From positions 27,527 through 91,526 of the forward strand of contig JAHJEV010000004.1 of NCBI GenBank assembly GCA_018825365.1: DNA of 64,000 nucleotides. Direction: 5' to 3'. The translations under genes were made by a program, and so were the position numbers. Source of the DNA: Patescibacteria group bacterium (GTDB lineage Bacteria > Patescibacteriota > WWE3 > UBA101185 > UBA10185). This document shows, in pieces, positions 53,101 through 58,883 of this stretch. Numbering within the stretch: the first letter of the stretch is position 1; each line of letters opens with the position of its first letter. The notes under the pieces are model-generated. The model did not search any database and was not told the origin of the DNA. It was given only the letters and a program-made list of their open reading frames with translations.

Positions 53101-56076
53101 GCAGGGGGAGATGGAGGTTCGGGTGGTGGTGCGGGTGCGGGTGGTGGTGTGTATGCACATGGTCACGCAACTGGTACTCCGAGTAGCCAAGGTCATGATG
53201 GGGGCATAAACTATAATAGCTCTCCTTATCCTGCTGGTGGTGGCGGTGGCGCAGATACAGTAGGTTCAGATGGAACGTCTAATGGAGGTGGAAATGGGGG
53301 CGCAGGACTAACATCAAGTATTAGTGGAAGTTCAGTAGGTTATGCAGGTGGGGGTGGGGGTTATAGTCAAGATACAAAACCTCCAGGAACTGCGTCCCAT
53401 GGAGGAGGAGCAGGAGTAGGGCAAACGGGCACTCCCAATGCTGGCACACCTAATACTGGCGGAGGCGGCGGCGGCGGACAGAATGGTGGTGCAGGTGGTT
53501 CCGGCATTGTCATTGTCAGATATTTAACCAATTCTTTAAGTGCTTTCAAAATCACCCAGCTCGATACCAACACGGTACGGCTCTACAACTACTCCGGTAC
53601 TACTCAAAACTTACGGCTTGATGTCATTACCGGAGGATTGGGCCGAAACGCCGGCACCGTGTCTTTGGCGCCGGCTGCCGCCGACGTTGACAGCCAGGAT
53701 AACTCCAACAGCATCTGGATCAACAAAACCGGAGCCGGGGGCTTGCTGCTCAAGCTCCAATCTGCGGCTGCGGATGTTCTCACTTTGGCCAAGAGCGGCC
53801 TGATGACCTTGGCCGGCAGTTTCGTTCCCGCTACCAACGATACCTATGATTTGGGTTCGGACGCCTTGAGATGGCAGTCTGCCTACATCGGGCCCGGGAC
53901 AGTGCACATTGGCACCTCCACCGCTGATGAGTACACTATGTCATATGACACAACTAACAACCGCTTGGGTTTCAATGTCAACGGTTCGGGCGATGCGGAA
54001 ATCGTCTTTGATTCCTCCGGCAACGTCGGCATCGGGACGACGGGACCAGAATCTAAACTACATGTTATGTTTAATAGCGCAGGTACAATCACAGGTTTTT
54101 CCGACGCATTAATTGTTGAAAACAACGCGAATGCTTATTTGAACCTCATTGGTTCAACTTCTGGAATAAAGGCGATTACTTTTGGAGACCCAACTGCCGG
54201 TGTGGTAGATGGTCAAATCACCTACAATGCCCTCGCTACTGACATGCTTGACTTTCGTGTTGCTGGTAATTCTGTAAAGATGGTGATTGACTCTTCCGGC
54301 AACGTCGGCATCGGGACGACGACGCCTGCAGCTAGAACACACATAGTCAATACTACAGCTACCGCACTAAGGTTGGATGTAAATGATGCATTTTCTTATG
54401 CGGAGTTTTATACTGGTGCAACATATCGTGGAAATATAACATATCAGGCGGCAAGTACTGCTTTGCGATTGACTGCTGGAACAGCACAGAACTTACTCTT
54501 AACTGCTGCGGATAGTAATGATAAAGGGATATTTATAAAAACAGACGGCAATGTCGGCATCGGTACAACAGCTCCGAAGAACAAGCTAGATGTATTTGGT
54601 GCTATGGCTATAGGGTCATACGCAGGTGTGAATACGGCACCGAGCAACGGGATGATAATATCTGGCAACGTCGGCATCGGGACGACGGGGCCGGGGGGCA
54701 AGTTAAGCATTTATGATACGTCAGCCGGTGCTAACGATAGGGTACAGATAGTCAGCGATCTAAGTTCGAGCGTGGACCAGTTGGTACTCCATCATTATGG
54801 GACGGCAGGAACTCAGCTTGCGTCATTTTGGAGAGGCAGGGGCACTTTCTCTTCACCAACAGCTTTATCGAATGGTGATGCAATCGGTCAATTTAATTTC
54901 GTAGGATATGACACAAGTAACACGGCTCAGACAGGGGCAGGATTCGGGGCAGTAGTAGATGCGGCTCCAGGAGCTGGAAGCGTTCCTATTGCAATAAGAT
55001 TTTTAACAGGTACCACAGGAGGTGGGACGGAACGGGTCAGAATTGATAGTACCGGCAACGTCGGCATCGGGACGACGGGGCCAGTGAGCTCGCTAGAAAT
55101 AAAAGGTCCGAACACTGTAAATACTCCGCGCTTAACGCTCAACCAACTTTATAACGCAGGAGCGTCGGCGTGGGGTATTGATTTCACTCGCACCTACGAC
55201 ACCGGTGGTGACGGACAAAACGCGGGGTACATTCGTATTGGCCGTGCCGGGGGAACCTCAAATTCGGGTATGTTTTTTGGGCTTGGTGACCAAGGTACAG
55301 TCGCAGATAGAATGACTATTCTTCCAAGCGGCAACGTCGGCATCGGGACGACAGGTCCAGGGTATACATTAACAGTTGCAGGTACTGCCTGGGTTACAAG
55401 CGGCGCCTGGTCTGGTTCGGATGTTAGATGGAAAGAAAATATTCAGCCTATAGCAGGAGCCTTGGACAAAGTACTGCAACTCTCCGGAGTTTTCTATAAC
55501 TGGAGAAAAGACGAGTTTCCAGAAAATAAATTTGATGACAAAACTCACTTGGGGTTAATTGCTCAGGATGTAGAAAAAATTGTTCCCGAACTGGTAACCA
55601 CAGGACCAGACGGCTATAAAGGTCTTGATTATAATGGATTAGCGCCTCTTTTAATTGGGGCCGTACAGGAACAGCAGGGGCAAATCTCGCTGCTGTCAGG
55701 ACAGCTGGTAAGCTTATCAAATATCGTCCGTGTTGAAGGCTCGTGCGTTACCGGTGACACATTGCTTCCCATCCGCCGCCGACGCAAAAGTCTAAGTGGT
55801 CTGGAATCCGAGGACGACAATGGGTTATTTGATTACCTGTTGATCCGTATCGATGAAATACTACCTGGCGATGAAGTCTCGTCCTTAAATGAGTTTACAG
55901 GCTCTCTAGAATGGCATAAAATAAATGCCTCGATGGATATGGATATTAAGGAAGTTTTTGAGCTTACAACCAAATCAGGAAAAGTAATCAGGACAACAGC
56001 CAAGCATCCTTACTTAACTTTGTTGGAAGATAAATTGGAAGGTAACCCTGTAGTTAGTAAAGAAGGAATAAAATAA
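44182..56076 (+). CDS. giant (3964 aa) cell-surface protein: N-terminal HTH, single TM, tail-fibre-like 'GNVGIGTTxP' repeat array, tandem Gly-rich modules, peptidase-S74 intramolecular chaperone domain, C-terminal split-intein N-fragment
   Basis: Single uninterrupted ORF. HTH 'LKVSQAAKILGISPSSLRRFEKEERI' (aa 22-50). TM 'RVFALISTLVLVSTILIFPV' (aa ~184-204). Many 'SGNVGIGTT(A/N/G)P..KL(D/E)V' repeats. S74 motif 'SDVRWKENIQPIAGALDKVLQLSGVFYNWRKDE...LIAQDVEKIVPELV'. Final 110 aa 'CVTGDTLL...VIRTTAKHPYLT...' are intein blocks A and B. Confidence 0.85.
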   Translation: MSLPAQENAQRNNDTKYDFQRFGSLKVSQAAKILGISPSSLRRFEKEERITSERAPGNNYRTYRLDLVNRLKAELQNDGTNKQLLVKRKKLRKTQKYSPEKINTGLIKTKPGIIPSPAPVFNMDIPSAPYHVKPYVPVSPSLEKLDESIKTKGDKEENLNLPEVVPSYEKIVTYKPAVAKLSLGRVFALISTLVLVSTILIFPVNFSKVLSDFRSKVQNGLVNAKNLSNVLSTLNFGSKKLAEKKSTAPSELLANVLAASARVSNYVYNINIPVFFKKPATFEDTLTAEQLATFNAAITTTNVTFKGTGLINNLLGIDVVTKTTLERDLDIDGQITSTGMGDTVISKGIITGPMLNSNITYSGKFNFSGTIALKGTTITSTAAELNQLAGLSYESGGIFYGDGTGFYQDTSYLFWDSTNKNLGIGTSSPTATLEIISSGTGTSTSTLWTKNSTGTTGLFVQNSGNVGVGTTAPATALEIGGSGNLRIGGLTALSGVYTDADKTLVSTPPTSGTLGYWQRNGTYVSPATITDNVGIGTTAPSALLEVNGTSWLRGGTAPTSGLFVNSSGNVGIGTTNPGAKLDVRGGLNTGTNGTEFTVSDTGIVTAATSFLAPTFDTATGVAMNIGTATQTALTLGRAGATTTINGSGLTVGPTAWTATPTISGLITATSGLTANGALTANSTFTLGDDGDLGSIDTSDWNITTTGAMTGISGIANDGAYTQSGTSANTFTGTSTFSNATYSAFFTGGNVGIGTTEPGSKLEVAGTFTVSGSNLTTLGGNLTVTGTTWTATPTISGLVTMTSGFDSNAASTVSSLTIDANTGNALTISGTGFTTDITLQNGETIDNDTDGTILLTAPTTKTSGNLYAGTSGTGTITSGLINGQTISSAANFTGTGIFASTLTASNGLTLTTGALNLTSTSGTVNLATTFNQVGATTINTSGTANTTIGNTAGGTITIGAASGSDLALNDAQWSITGAGAANFTGLTSSGTITFSGLTASRGVFTATGGQLATSATSQYLIDSLSDETGSGALVFSNSPAITTPTITTSATVPLLIGGTAANSTLTLRSTSGTGITGADILFQTGNNGATEAMRILNSGNVGIGTTNPQYALEVGGSGNVRIGGLSASMGVYTDANKQLTSTPPTSGGLGYWTRSGTTLWPTANTDNLTTLGNIGIGTTSPTSSLHLNASAPSGIIFNLAYGASTVIDNDLTGAKFNLDDGTVVATNQNITGLEVKLPTVTNTHTTGTKTLKGFYVNFGTGSGLNQTGVGGTTTYNALHVDLPALTQTAGTLNINGLYVNSPSSITTGGTASGLYINSTGVNAGALYGVNVSNITAGAGTERAINIGSGWDSVLAVNGTVIISGSGVTQTAGGGTGFSTYTKGDVLYSDAANSLAKLGIGTVNQVLSVTAGGVPGWGTMDGTSCVNCLISNPTGDQIIAPTGQGTTGLVVRQTSTSSPTDDIFAVTNSAGDNKYFYVDYAGVVNIPSIGSSSGDQLTIEPGTDKYALKLLGTNVAANSLQLIDSYNTSGTIFDLDYPAARTLSGALVGMDIDLSTNLTVTNQSVTAQKITLPTFTNTNTTGTKSYLGMQIAPPGAGGVNQNGIGGTSEYILADLTMPALTQTAGTLNAYGVKIITPSSITTGGTAYGVNINASGVGAGTLYGMNVSNIAAGAGTERAINIGTGWDYGIYSETTGNSYFAGSVGIGTTNPTAALDVAGGIKATTFNGNIISTGTGTLTLGASKTLTVNDSTVLNTNTVTFGGTEILTLTAGKNVTFADSFTTSGSNSLTLTTTGSTNTTLPTTGTLATLAGIETFSSKTFSGNTYFPGSGIWDAGGNIGIGTTAPKNKLDVFGAMAIGSYAGVNTAPSNGMIISGNVGIGTTGPGATLHVQKGAGVTAVSDSNAVFQLTSDGNASNMWFNIKTGANGGTNGTFGFAEAGTIKGGILWDVANASFNLSSDVNTTATSRQVIIKAGNVGIGTTGPVANLHIVGSTLFGSLAVADKVTGGNIGTAAATVDIYTSFNLSQATAGQTITLPDPTNTTAGRLVYLSNTGSATFTFYNSTVKVGDTTAAIWDSDSWNLAGGGGLAQGTVDNATLRWNNSTTQWVENTSILTALNPTAVGSYGLSVGNSGAVAGTGYGIYTTKTGGSTTNVALYASASGGAANYAAIFDSGNVGIGTTAPTYKLDTQLASNGIIARFSATDASLLIGADASGGYIQPGTVDKTTIYQSNGTSAVVTVDANKVGIGTTAPSTKLDVNGTITSQTGAVNSNVADSSTAIAFLLASNNTLSTQGAKLLSLKNASTEKFYIDKDGNLYTAGTILAGNGTGILMINKSGGTVAKRSLVVIDITTNSAFATTTTAYAKSSFGVITGVGLGVAYDADGDGACDAEDVCMVAVGGEVEVLLTNASTAVKGDYIYTSATAGSGVSSAKQFDGLIGIVSNTAGSASGYGKMIFKVQPQVSGSQFLTKEDTALANGGYVEIVHNQSTNDVVTNGWVYNTTTSKWEIVGDSGDAIGGTVTYKDGYTIHTFTSSGTFTPVSAGNVEVYAWGGGAGGGYNAGAGGGGGAANGTVTVAASSYVVTVGGGGLSRAPDAGPGPAVVGGGGLAGNLGYGGQGGGLSGIFIGSSSQVNARLMAGGGGGGAYEGANGGAGGGTNGVAGGNGLDAGGGGGTQSAGGTSVSSTGSALQGGSSGAQGDGGGSGGGGGGYWGGGAGSNTNPGSAGGGGAGFYNPTYASSVTLTAGSGTTPGDSGNSLRGSAGNGGAAGNNAGTAGIVIVRYLTNSLSAFKITQQDTNTVRLYNYSGATQYVRLNVIPSGGGGSPGGGAGLYTNNNASVANGSYIDVAHNQNTADLVSNGWIYNTATSKWEQIDKDSSDATGGTITYSGGYTIHTFTSSGTFTPPNNGNVEYLVVGGGGGGHTGGGGAGGYLTGTDSLSATSYNVIVGATVGAYTTGNNSSFNGKIASGGGLGGNVGEAGGDGGSGGGAGAGGGVYAHGHATGTPSSQGHDGGINYNSSPYPAGGGGGADTVGSDGTSNGGGNGGAGLTSSISGSSVGYAGGGGGYSQDTKPPGTASHGGGAGVGQTGTPNAGTPNTGGGGGGGQNGGAGGSGIVIVRYLTNSLSAFKITQLDTNTVRLYNYSGTTQNLRLDVITGGLGRNAGTVSLAPAAADVDSQDNSNSIWINKTGAGGLLLKLQSAAADVLTLAKSGLMTLAGSFVPATNDTYDLGSDALRWQSAYIGPGTVHIGTSTADEYTMSYDTTNNRLGFNVNGSGDAEIVFDSSGNVGIGTTGPESKLHVMFNSAGTITGFSDALIVENNANAYLNLIGSTSGIKAITFGDPTAGVVDGQITYNALATDMLDFRVAGNSVKMVIDSSGNVGIGTTTPAARTHIVNTTATALRLDVNDAFSYAEFYTGATYRGNITYQAASTALRLTAGTAQNLLLTAADSNDKGIFIKTDGNVGIGTTAPKNKLDVFGAMAIGSYAGVNTAPSNGMIISGNVGIGTTGPGGKLSIYDTSAGANDRVQIVSDLSSSVDQLVLHHYGTAGTQLASFWRGRGTFSSPTALSNGDAIGQFNFVGYDTSNTAQTGAGFGAVVDAAPGAGSVPIAIRFLTGTTGGGTERVRIDSTGNVGIGTTGPVSSLEIKGPNTVNTPRLTLNQLYNAGASAWGIDFTRTYDTGGDGQNAGYIRIGRAGGTSNSGMFFGLGDQGTVADRMTILPSGNVGIGTTGPGYTLTVAGTAWVTSGAWSGSDVRWKENIQPIAGALDKVLQLSGVFYNWRKDEFPENKFDDKTHLGLIAQDVEKIVPELVTTGPDGYKGLDYNGLAPLLIGAVQEQQGQISLLSGQLVSLSNIVRVEGSCVTGDTLLPIRRRRKSLSGLESEDDNGLFDYLLIRIDEILPGDEVSSLNEFTGSLEWHKINASMDMDIKEVFELTTKSGKVIRTTAKHPYLTLLEDKLEGNPVVSKEGIK
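49705..49824 (+). repeat. ~120-nt perfect intragenic direct repeat, copy 1 (copy 2 at 54571-54690)
   Basis: Identical stretch 'gctccgaagaacaagctagatgtatttggtgctatggctatagggtcatacgcaggtgtgaatacggcaccgagcaacgggatgataatatctggcaacgtcggcatcgggacgacggg' at both sites. Confidence 0.8.
54571..54690 (+). repeat. ~120-nt perfect intragenic direct repeat, copy 2
   Basis: See copy 1; 4.87 kb apart in the same reading frame, encoding 'APKNKLDVFGAMAIGSYAGVNTAPSNGMIISGNVGIGTTGPG'. Confidence 0.8.
55417..55743 (+). other. peptidase S74 / intramolecular chaperone auto-processing domain (sub-feature of the giant CDS)
   Basis: 'SDVRWKENI...FYNWRKDEFPENKFDDKTHLGLIAQDVEKIVPELV' matches the tail-spike/endosialidase C-terminal chaperone domain (SDxRxK Ser-Lys dyad region). 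Confidence 0.7.
55744..56073 (+). other. split-intein N-terminal fragment (Int-N; Hint blocks A and B), DnaE-split-intein-like
   Basis: Block A 'CVTGDTLL' at the extein/intein junction (…VEGS|C); block B 'GKVIRTTAKHPYLT', close to the cyanobacterial DnaE Int-N block B 'GSVIRATSDHRFLT' as recalled; ORF stops 20 aa later, as in natural Int-N. Confidence 0.75.
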
Positions 56077-56201
56077 ATGAGTAAATTTTTAAACAGTTTT
56101 TTAACTAAATATCTCACGATTACAAGAGGAAGTGCCAAAATTTCCCAAACTAGTGAGATTGGGACCTCGCCAATCCGTGAGATGGGGGAGACTAAAAATC
56201 T

Positions 56202-56780
56202 ATGAAAATTAACCAAAATATGAAAAAATTCCAAAAAACTCTGGAATTAAAAGGCAAAACGGCTGTCCTCATTGATTGGGCTAACGTTCACGGATGGGCA
56301 GAATTGGGTCACTCTGAAGTTAATCTAAAAAAGTTGTTTAAATACTTAAGAGGGTACAAAAAGATTAAAGCAATAAATCTATATTTCGGTAAGGATACTC
56401 ATCCAAAATCAAAAAAGTTTTTAGGTGAAGCGAAGAAAATAGGTTTTAAGGTAATCACAAAACCAGTTAAATATATCAAGGTGGCTGTATTCCAAAATAA
56501 ACCAATTTTCCGACGAAAGTGCGACTTTGATATGGAAATTTGTATTGATATTCACAAACATTTAAGCCAAAATTATGATAGTTTCATTTTCTTTTCTGGC
56601 GATGGGGACTTTGAGCCTCTTTATAGACTATTAATCGAAAGACATAAACAGGTTATTGTAATATATGGACAAGGCCATCTGGGAAGGGAGATTTACTCAA
56701 TAAAACAGGGGTTATATAAACTCGATATTAATAAGTTGGGGTCAGTAAAAAATGACCCCCCGGTTTCCCGGAGGGCGTGA
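56202..56780 (+). CDS. NYN-domain (LabA/YacP-like) protein
   Basis: 'KTAVLIDWANVHG' N-terminal acidic motif and 'FFSGDGDFEPL' NYN signature; 192 aa. Confidence 0.7.
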   Translation: MKINQNMKKFQKTLELKGKTAVLIDWANVHGWAELGHSEVNLKKLFKYLRGYKKIKAINLYFGKDTHPKSKKFLGEAKKIGFKVITKPVKYIKVAVFQNKPIFRRKCDFDMEICIDIHKHLSQNYDSFIFFSGDGDFEPLYRLLIERHKQVIVIYGQGHLGREIYSIKQGLYKLDINKLGSVKNDPPVSRRA

Positions 56781-56906
56781 TTAAAAGTATGTTAACAAAA
56801 CTAGCCAGAAAAGTCAAATTAGGAAAGATCGGCAAAGACCGCTTAACTCAGGAATTTATACCTGGCGATCAGCGATTCGAGCCGATTAGTAGGTAAAGGA
56901 TAACGT

Positions 56907-58232
56907 ATGTCTAAATTTTTATCAAATATTTTTAATTTAATGAAGGCCCATAAACCTGGGGTCCCCGACCTCGCTAAATCGCCTATAGGTGGTGATGTAC
57001 CAACTACACCGAACAAGCAAGACGGACATCTCACCTCCGCTCAGGGCAAGCCCATAATGGACTCTTTTGCCTGCCCTTACTGCGCAAGCAAACACTTTGT
57101 CAGAAGAGGTTTTAGACAGAAAAAAATGGAAAAAGTCCAGCTTTATCTTTGCCTGGAGTGCAACAAAACCTTTACCCAGCATATAACCCGCGGCAAACAC
57201 TATCCTTTACCGGTTGTTTTCGATGCTATCAGCACTTATAATCTTGGGTATTCTCTGGAAGAAACCTGCAGGATAATTAATAGCCGCACCGCCGGCGTTA
57301 CGTCAGCAGTTTCCGAGGCAGGTCCCGCACTTTCGGCATCGACTTTATCAAATTGGCTTAATGAAACATCAGAGCTCTGCCGATTTGAGCGCATGCGCGA
57401 ATATGCCCTGAAAAAATACTCGCCAGAAAATATGGTTGTTACCGCAACTCTCGCCCACCGACAGCTTTACCGCTACCGCTTCCATAGAGCCAAATGCGAA
57501 CTTATCATCACTGAAGATTTTAAACACCACCGCTTCGGGCCTTTGCAGGAATTTCTAGAAATGGTGCCCAGTGAGTGTCCGCACCAATATTTCCAAGAAG
57601 GCTTAAGGGCCAGTGAAGTGCCTTTGACCTTTTCCAAAACCCAAATGATCGTCAGAAGCAAGCAAAACTACGCCACTGCGCTTGCCACCTTTATCCTGCA
57701 GTCGGTCAAGGATAGAAAACTGCGCCATGACGCTATACAAAAATTTATGCTGGCCAACGACACGGTAACTGTCGCCACTGAAGTACCGGTTTACTTAACC
57801 CACGATGATTTGGAGCATTTGCAGACACAGCTAGGGTTTGAAATATATGACTCCCCCATTAAAGGAGCCCGTTCGGCCGCCTTGGAAGTGTGTACCGACC
57901 TGCCAAAATTAATCACTGGCCACATTGACATACTGCAAATAAGAAACGGCCAGATTCATATTTTGGATTTTAAACCTGACGCCGCAAAAGAACAGCCGAT
58001 TGAACAGCTGACTTTGTATGCTATGGCGCTGTCCAGACTTACCGGTTTAAGATTATTCGAGTTTAAATGCGCTTGGTTTGATGAAAAAGACTATTTTGAA
58101 TTTTATCCATTACATGTTTTACTTAAAACAAAGAAAAGTCAGAGACGCCGAAAAGTCTATACCATGGAAGGAGTTTATAAAATTAATCAGGATGAAAGAA
58201 AGGTAACAGAAATTAAACCTATACACCTATGA
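56907..58232 (+). CDS. Zn-ribbon + PD-(D/E)xK nuclease-fold protein (candidate free-standing homing endonuclease)
   Basis: N-terminal 'CPYCASKH...CLECNKTF' C4 ribbon; C-terminal 'ITGHIDILQIRNGQIHILDFKPD' (D...D/ExK-like core); locally higher GC than the genome. Confidence 0.55.
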   Translation: MSKFLSNIFNLMKAHKPGVPDLAKSPIGGDVPTTPNKQDGHLTSAQGKPIMDSFACPYCASKHFVRRGFRQKKMEKVQLYLCLECNKTFTQHITRGKHYPLPVVFDAISTYNLGYSLEETCRIINSRTAGVTSAVSEAGPALSASTLSNWLNETSELCRFERMREYALKKYSPENMVVTATLAHRQLYRYRFHRAKCELIITEDFKHHRFGPLQEFLEMVPSECPHQYFQEGLRASEVPLTFSKTQMIVRSKQNYATALATFILQSVKDRKLRHDAIQKFMLANDTVTVATEVPVYLTHDDLEHLQTQLGFEIYDSPIKGARSAALEVCTDLPKLITGHIDILQIRNGQIHILDFKPDAAKEQPIEQLTLYAMALSRLTGLRLFEFKCAWFDEKDYFEFYPLHVLLKTKKSQRRRKVYTMEGVYKINQDERKVTEIKPIHL

Positions 58233-58645
58233 CCTATCAAAAATCATACAGCCCTAAAAGACCGGTGAAAAGCTTCCAGGATTTGGAAGTGTACCAAAAG
58301 TTATTGGCTCTCTCAGTTGCTGTAGCCAAAAGAGTCAAATCCGAAAAAGTGACTGCCATTGCCTTAGATTTGCCGGTTAAGATAGCCACAGCTCACTCAT
58401 CGAGATTTGGTGATCAGACAAAGGCAATTTACGCTCTGGATGAAGTAATGCTTAATTGCAATCTGCTTGTTGTTTATTTGGAACAATACCGGGATATTGA
58501 AAATCCGTCTGCTAAAGAGGCAGAGAAGATTGAATCTGAATTTTTTGAGGAGCAGATTAAAAGTCTTTTGTCAGTCAGAATGAAAATTTTACATTTACAA
58601 AATTCGTGGAAGAAATTCGCCAAAGAATATGCCAAACAAAAATAA
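58229..58645 (+). CDS. four-helix-bundle protein (23S rRNA intervening-sequence protein family, TIGR02436-like)
   Basis: 'FQDLEVYQKLLALSVAVAKRV...' matches the four-helix-bundle/IVS protein N-terminus (FxDLxVWQKA); 138 aa; 4-nt overlap with upstream gene. Confidence 0.7.
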   Translation: MTYQKSYSPKRPVKSFQDLEVYQKLLALSVAVAKRVKSEKVTAIALDLPVKIATAHSSRFGDQTKAIYALDEVMLNCNLLVVYLEQYRDIENPSAKEAEKIESEFFEEQIKSLLSVRMKILHLQNSWKKFAKEYAKQK

Positions 58646-58883
58646 CAAGAAAAATTTAATAGACACCCACCCTGTAGGCAGGATCTTTAATATTGGCAAG
58701 GAAAAGGCCGTCTGGAAAAGAGTAACCGAGCTAAAACCCGGGGTAAAAATTGCTGTCGAAAAAGATGGAAACCTCGCTTGGGATGAAATTGTTGAAATAA
58801 AATCCGTCGGCCTCGAAAGAGTCTGGGACATTGAAGTTGAAGGCACGCATAACTTTGTCGGCAACGGTATCATCGCCCACAAT
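58629..58883 (+). other. Int-C portion (blocks F/G) of the split intein
   Basis: 'VWDIEVEGTHNFVGNGIIAHN' similar to the DnaE Int-C '[22 protein letters not shown]' as recalled; splice junction at 58883/58884. Confidence 0.75.

Noticed and set aside
44583-55820. About 25 minus-strand and off-frame ORFs (60-300 aa) inside the giant gene
   Set aside because: Shadow ORFs of the long repetitive plus-strand CDS. They have Pro/Val-rich low-complexity translations that mirror the Gly/Thr codons and no independent signals.
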